DNA of 64,000 nucleotides, taken from contig CP075492.1 of the NCBI GenBank assembly GCA_021613535.1, forward strand, positions 1,674,001 to 1,738,000. Direction: 5' to 3'. Made by a program: the position numbers and the translations under genes. Source of the DNA: Adineta vaga (lineage: Eukaryota; Animalia; Rotifera). The notes below the pieces were generated by a model. The model worked only from the letters and a program-made list of their open reading frames with translations. It was not told where the DNA came from and searched no databases. Of the stretch, positions 63,007 through 64,000 are shown in pieces (the first letter of the stretch is position 1; each line of letters opens with the position of its first letter).

Positions 63007-63063
63007 ACCATCTTGAGGGTGGGTGTGAGTATATTAATTCACGCTTATCCACATTTACATTCA
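63007..63063. repeat. Telomere-hexamer palindrome, copy 16
   Basis: accatcttgagggtgggtgtgag-tatattaa-ttcacgcttatccaca. Confidence 0.7.
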
Positions 63064-63521
63064 TACGAAAAGTACCTTCAGGATATTCTGTTTTGTATTG
63101 TCAAGCACCTCTGTACTTTTTCTCCAGAAGAGAAAATACTTGACCACGAATCATATGATCTGAAGTTGAGCTTAACAGTAAACCTTTCATGTTTACCTTG
63201 AAGGTCAGTAAATACTTCACTGTACCGTTCTATTGTTCTTATCGTTTCGTTCTCTAAAATGAGAATTTTCCCAGTGATTAAAATACATTTATATACTTTC
63301 TTCCTAGTTTTTACTTTCTGTTGCAAAAAAATAAACTGAACGACGCAAAAAAAAAGAAAGAAAAAAATTTCAGAGCTGAAAAGAATAGATGCAAGGACTT
63401 TCCAGCGATTCGATGATATTTCTATTATGAGTTTCTTAGAAATCAAATTTTATTTTTTATTTCTAAATACAATAAGTATTTCTTAAAAAGTCGATTATTG
63501 TCAATATCCTTTAGACTGTAT

Positions 63522-64000
63522 TTATTTCTTATTCTTTGCGGCATCGGCGAGCTTGCTAAAATCCATAGTACATGCATAACTTTGCGGTTTTTGTTGACCA
63601 TCTTGATAGAATTTTCCATGTTCTAGTTCGTTATGAGAAGCTTTGACTGTATATAGAATAGAATCTGCGCCAAGTTCAGGTGAACGTGAACCAGGTCCAT
63701 GATTATTCAAATCAGTTGAGCAATAACCTGGACATACAGCTAAGATAAGCACATTTTTGGCACCAGACCATTCACGTGCTTCAATACGTGTAAGAGCAGT
63801 AAGTGCTGTTTTCGATACACCATAAATTAAGAAAGGCGACTTGGCATTATAACCGATCTTTTCAGTAGTTTTCGATCCAATTGATGCAATGAAATCTTCC
63901 ACAAGACCATCAAGCTGCTCCTGTGTCAATGTCGACGATTTGTATTTGTTTTGAAGATCGCTCGACATCTCATGTAATGTCCAGGCACCTACTTCACTTG
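63522..64000 (-). CDS. Carbonyl reductase-like short-chain dehydrogenase (3' part; truncated by window end)
   Basis: SEVGAW...YGVSK (YxxxK)...VCPGYCSTDLN...SPELGADSILY...GKFYQDG. Confidence 0.85.
   Translation of the reverse strand, partial: SEVGAWTLHEMSSDLQNKYKSSTLTQEQLDGLVEDFIASIGSKTTEKIGYNAKSPFLIYGVSKTALTALTRIEAREWSGAKNVLILAVCPGYCSTDLNNHGPGSRSPELGADSILYTVKASHNELEHGKFYQDGQQKPQSYACTMDFSKLADAAKNKK

Noticed and set aside
504-63063. Palindromes as a CRISPR array or as true telomeres
   Set aside because: Copies are dispersed kilobases apart, with no cas genes and eukaryotic context; arms have only 2-4 hexamers, too short for chromosome ends.

Overview
AT-rich eukaryotic DNA with many ~50-65 bp GT-AG introns. 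The gene families present (ART+TPR, FG-GAP, NHL, 84-bp-exon LRR, Cys-rich two-TM repeat proteins) strongly suggest a bdelloid rotifer; this is inferred from family content, not proven. The window holds about 20 host genes or gene remnants, roughly 10 with nonsense or frameshift lesions, and several horizontal-transfer candidates (ABM-domain protein, DUR3, bacterial-type ICMT family). It also contains a tRNA-Asn and many TEs: a full-length hAT with an 8-bp TSD inside an exon, an apparently complete CACTA/EnSpm with a 2-bp TSD, a non-autonomous Helitron, DINE-1/Helentron-like elements, an intronic foldback and a possible solo LTR. Two patterns are not explained by standard annotation. (1) At least 16 short intergenic palindromes have arms made of TGAGGG/TGTGGG telomere-like hexamers, occur about once per gene and often lie just 3' of stop codons. 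(2) Two independent loci each carry exactly three tandem 'TM - large Cys-rich loop - TM(GGL)' units, resembling a DEG/ENaC-like trimer, with mosaic gene-conversion tracts at one locus. All gene models and identities were derived by eye, without database searches.
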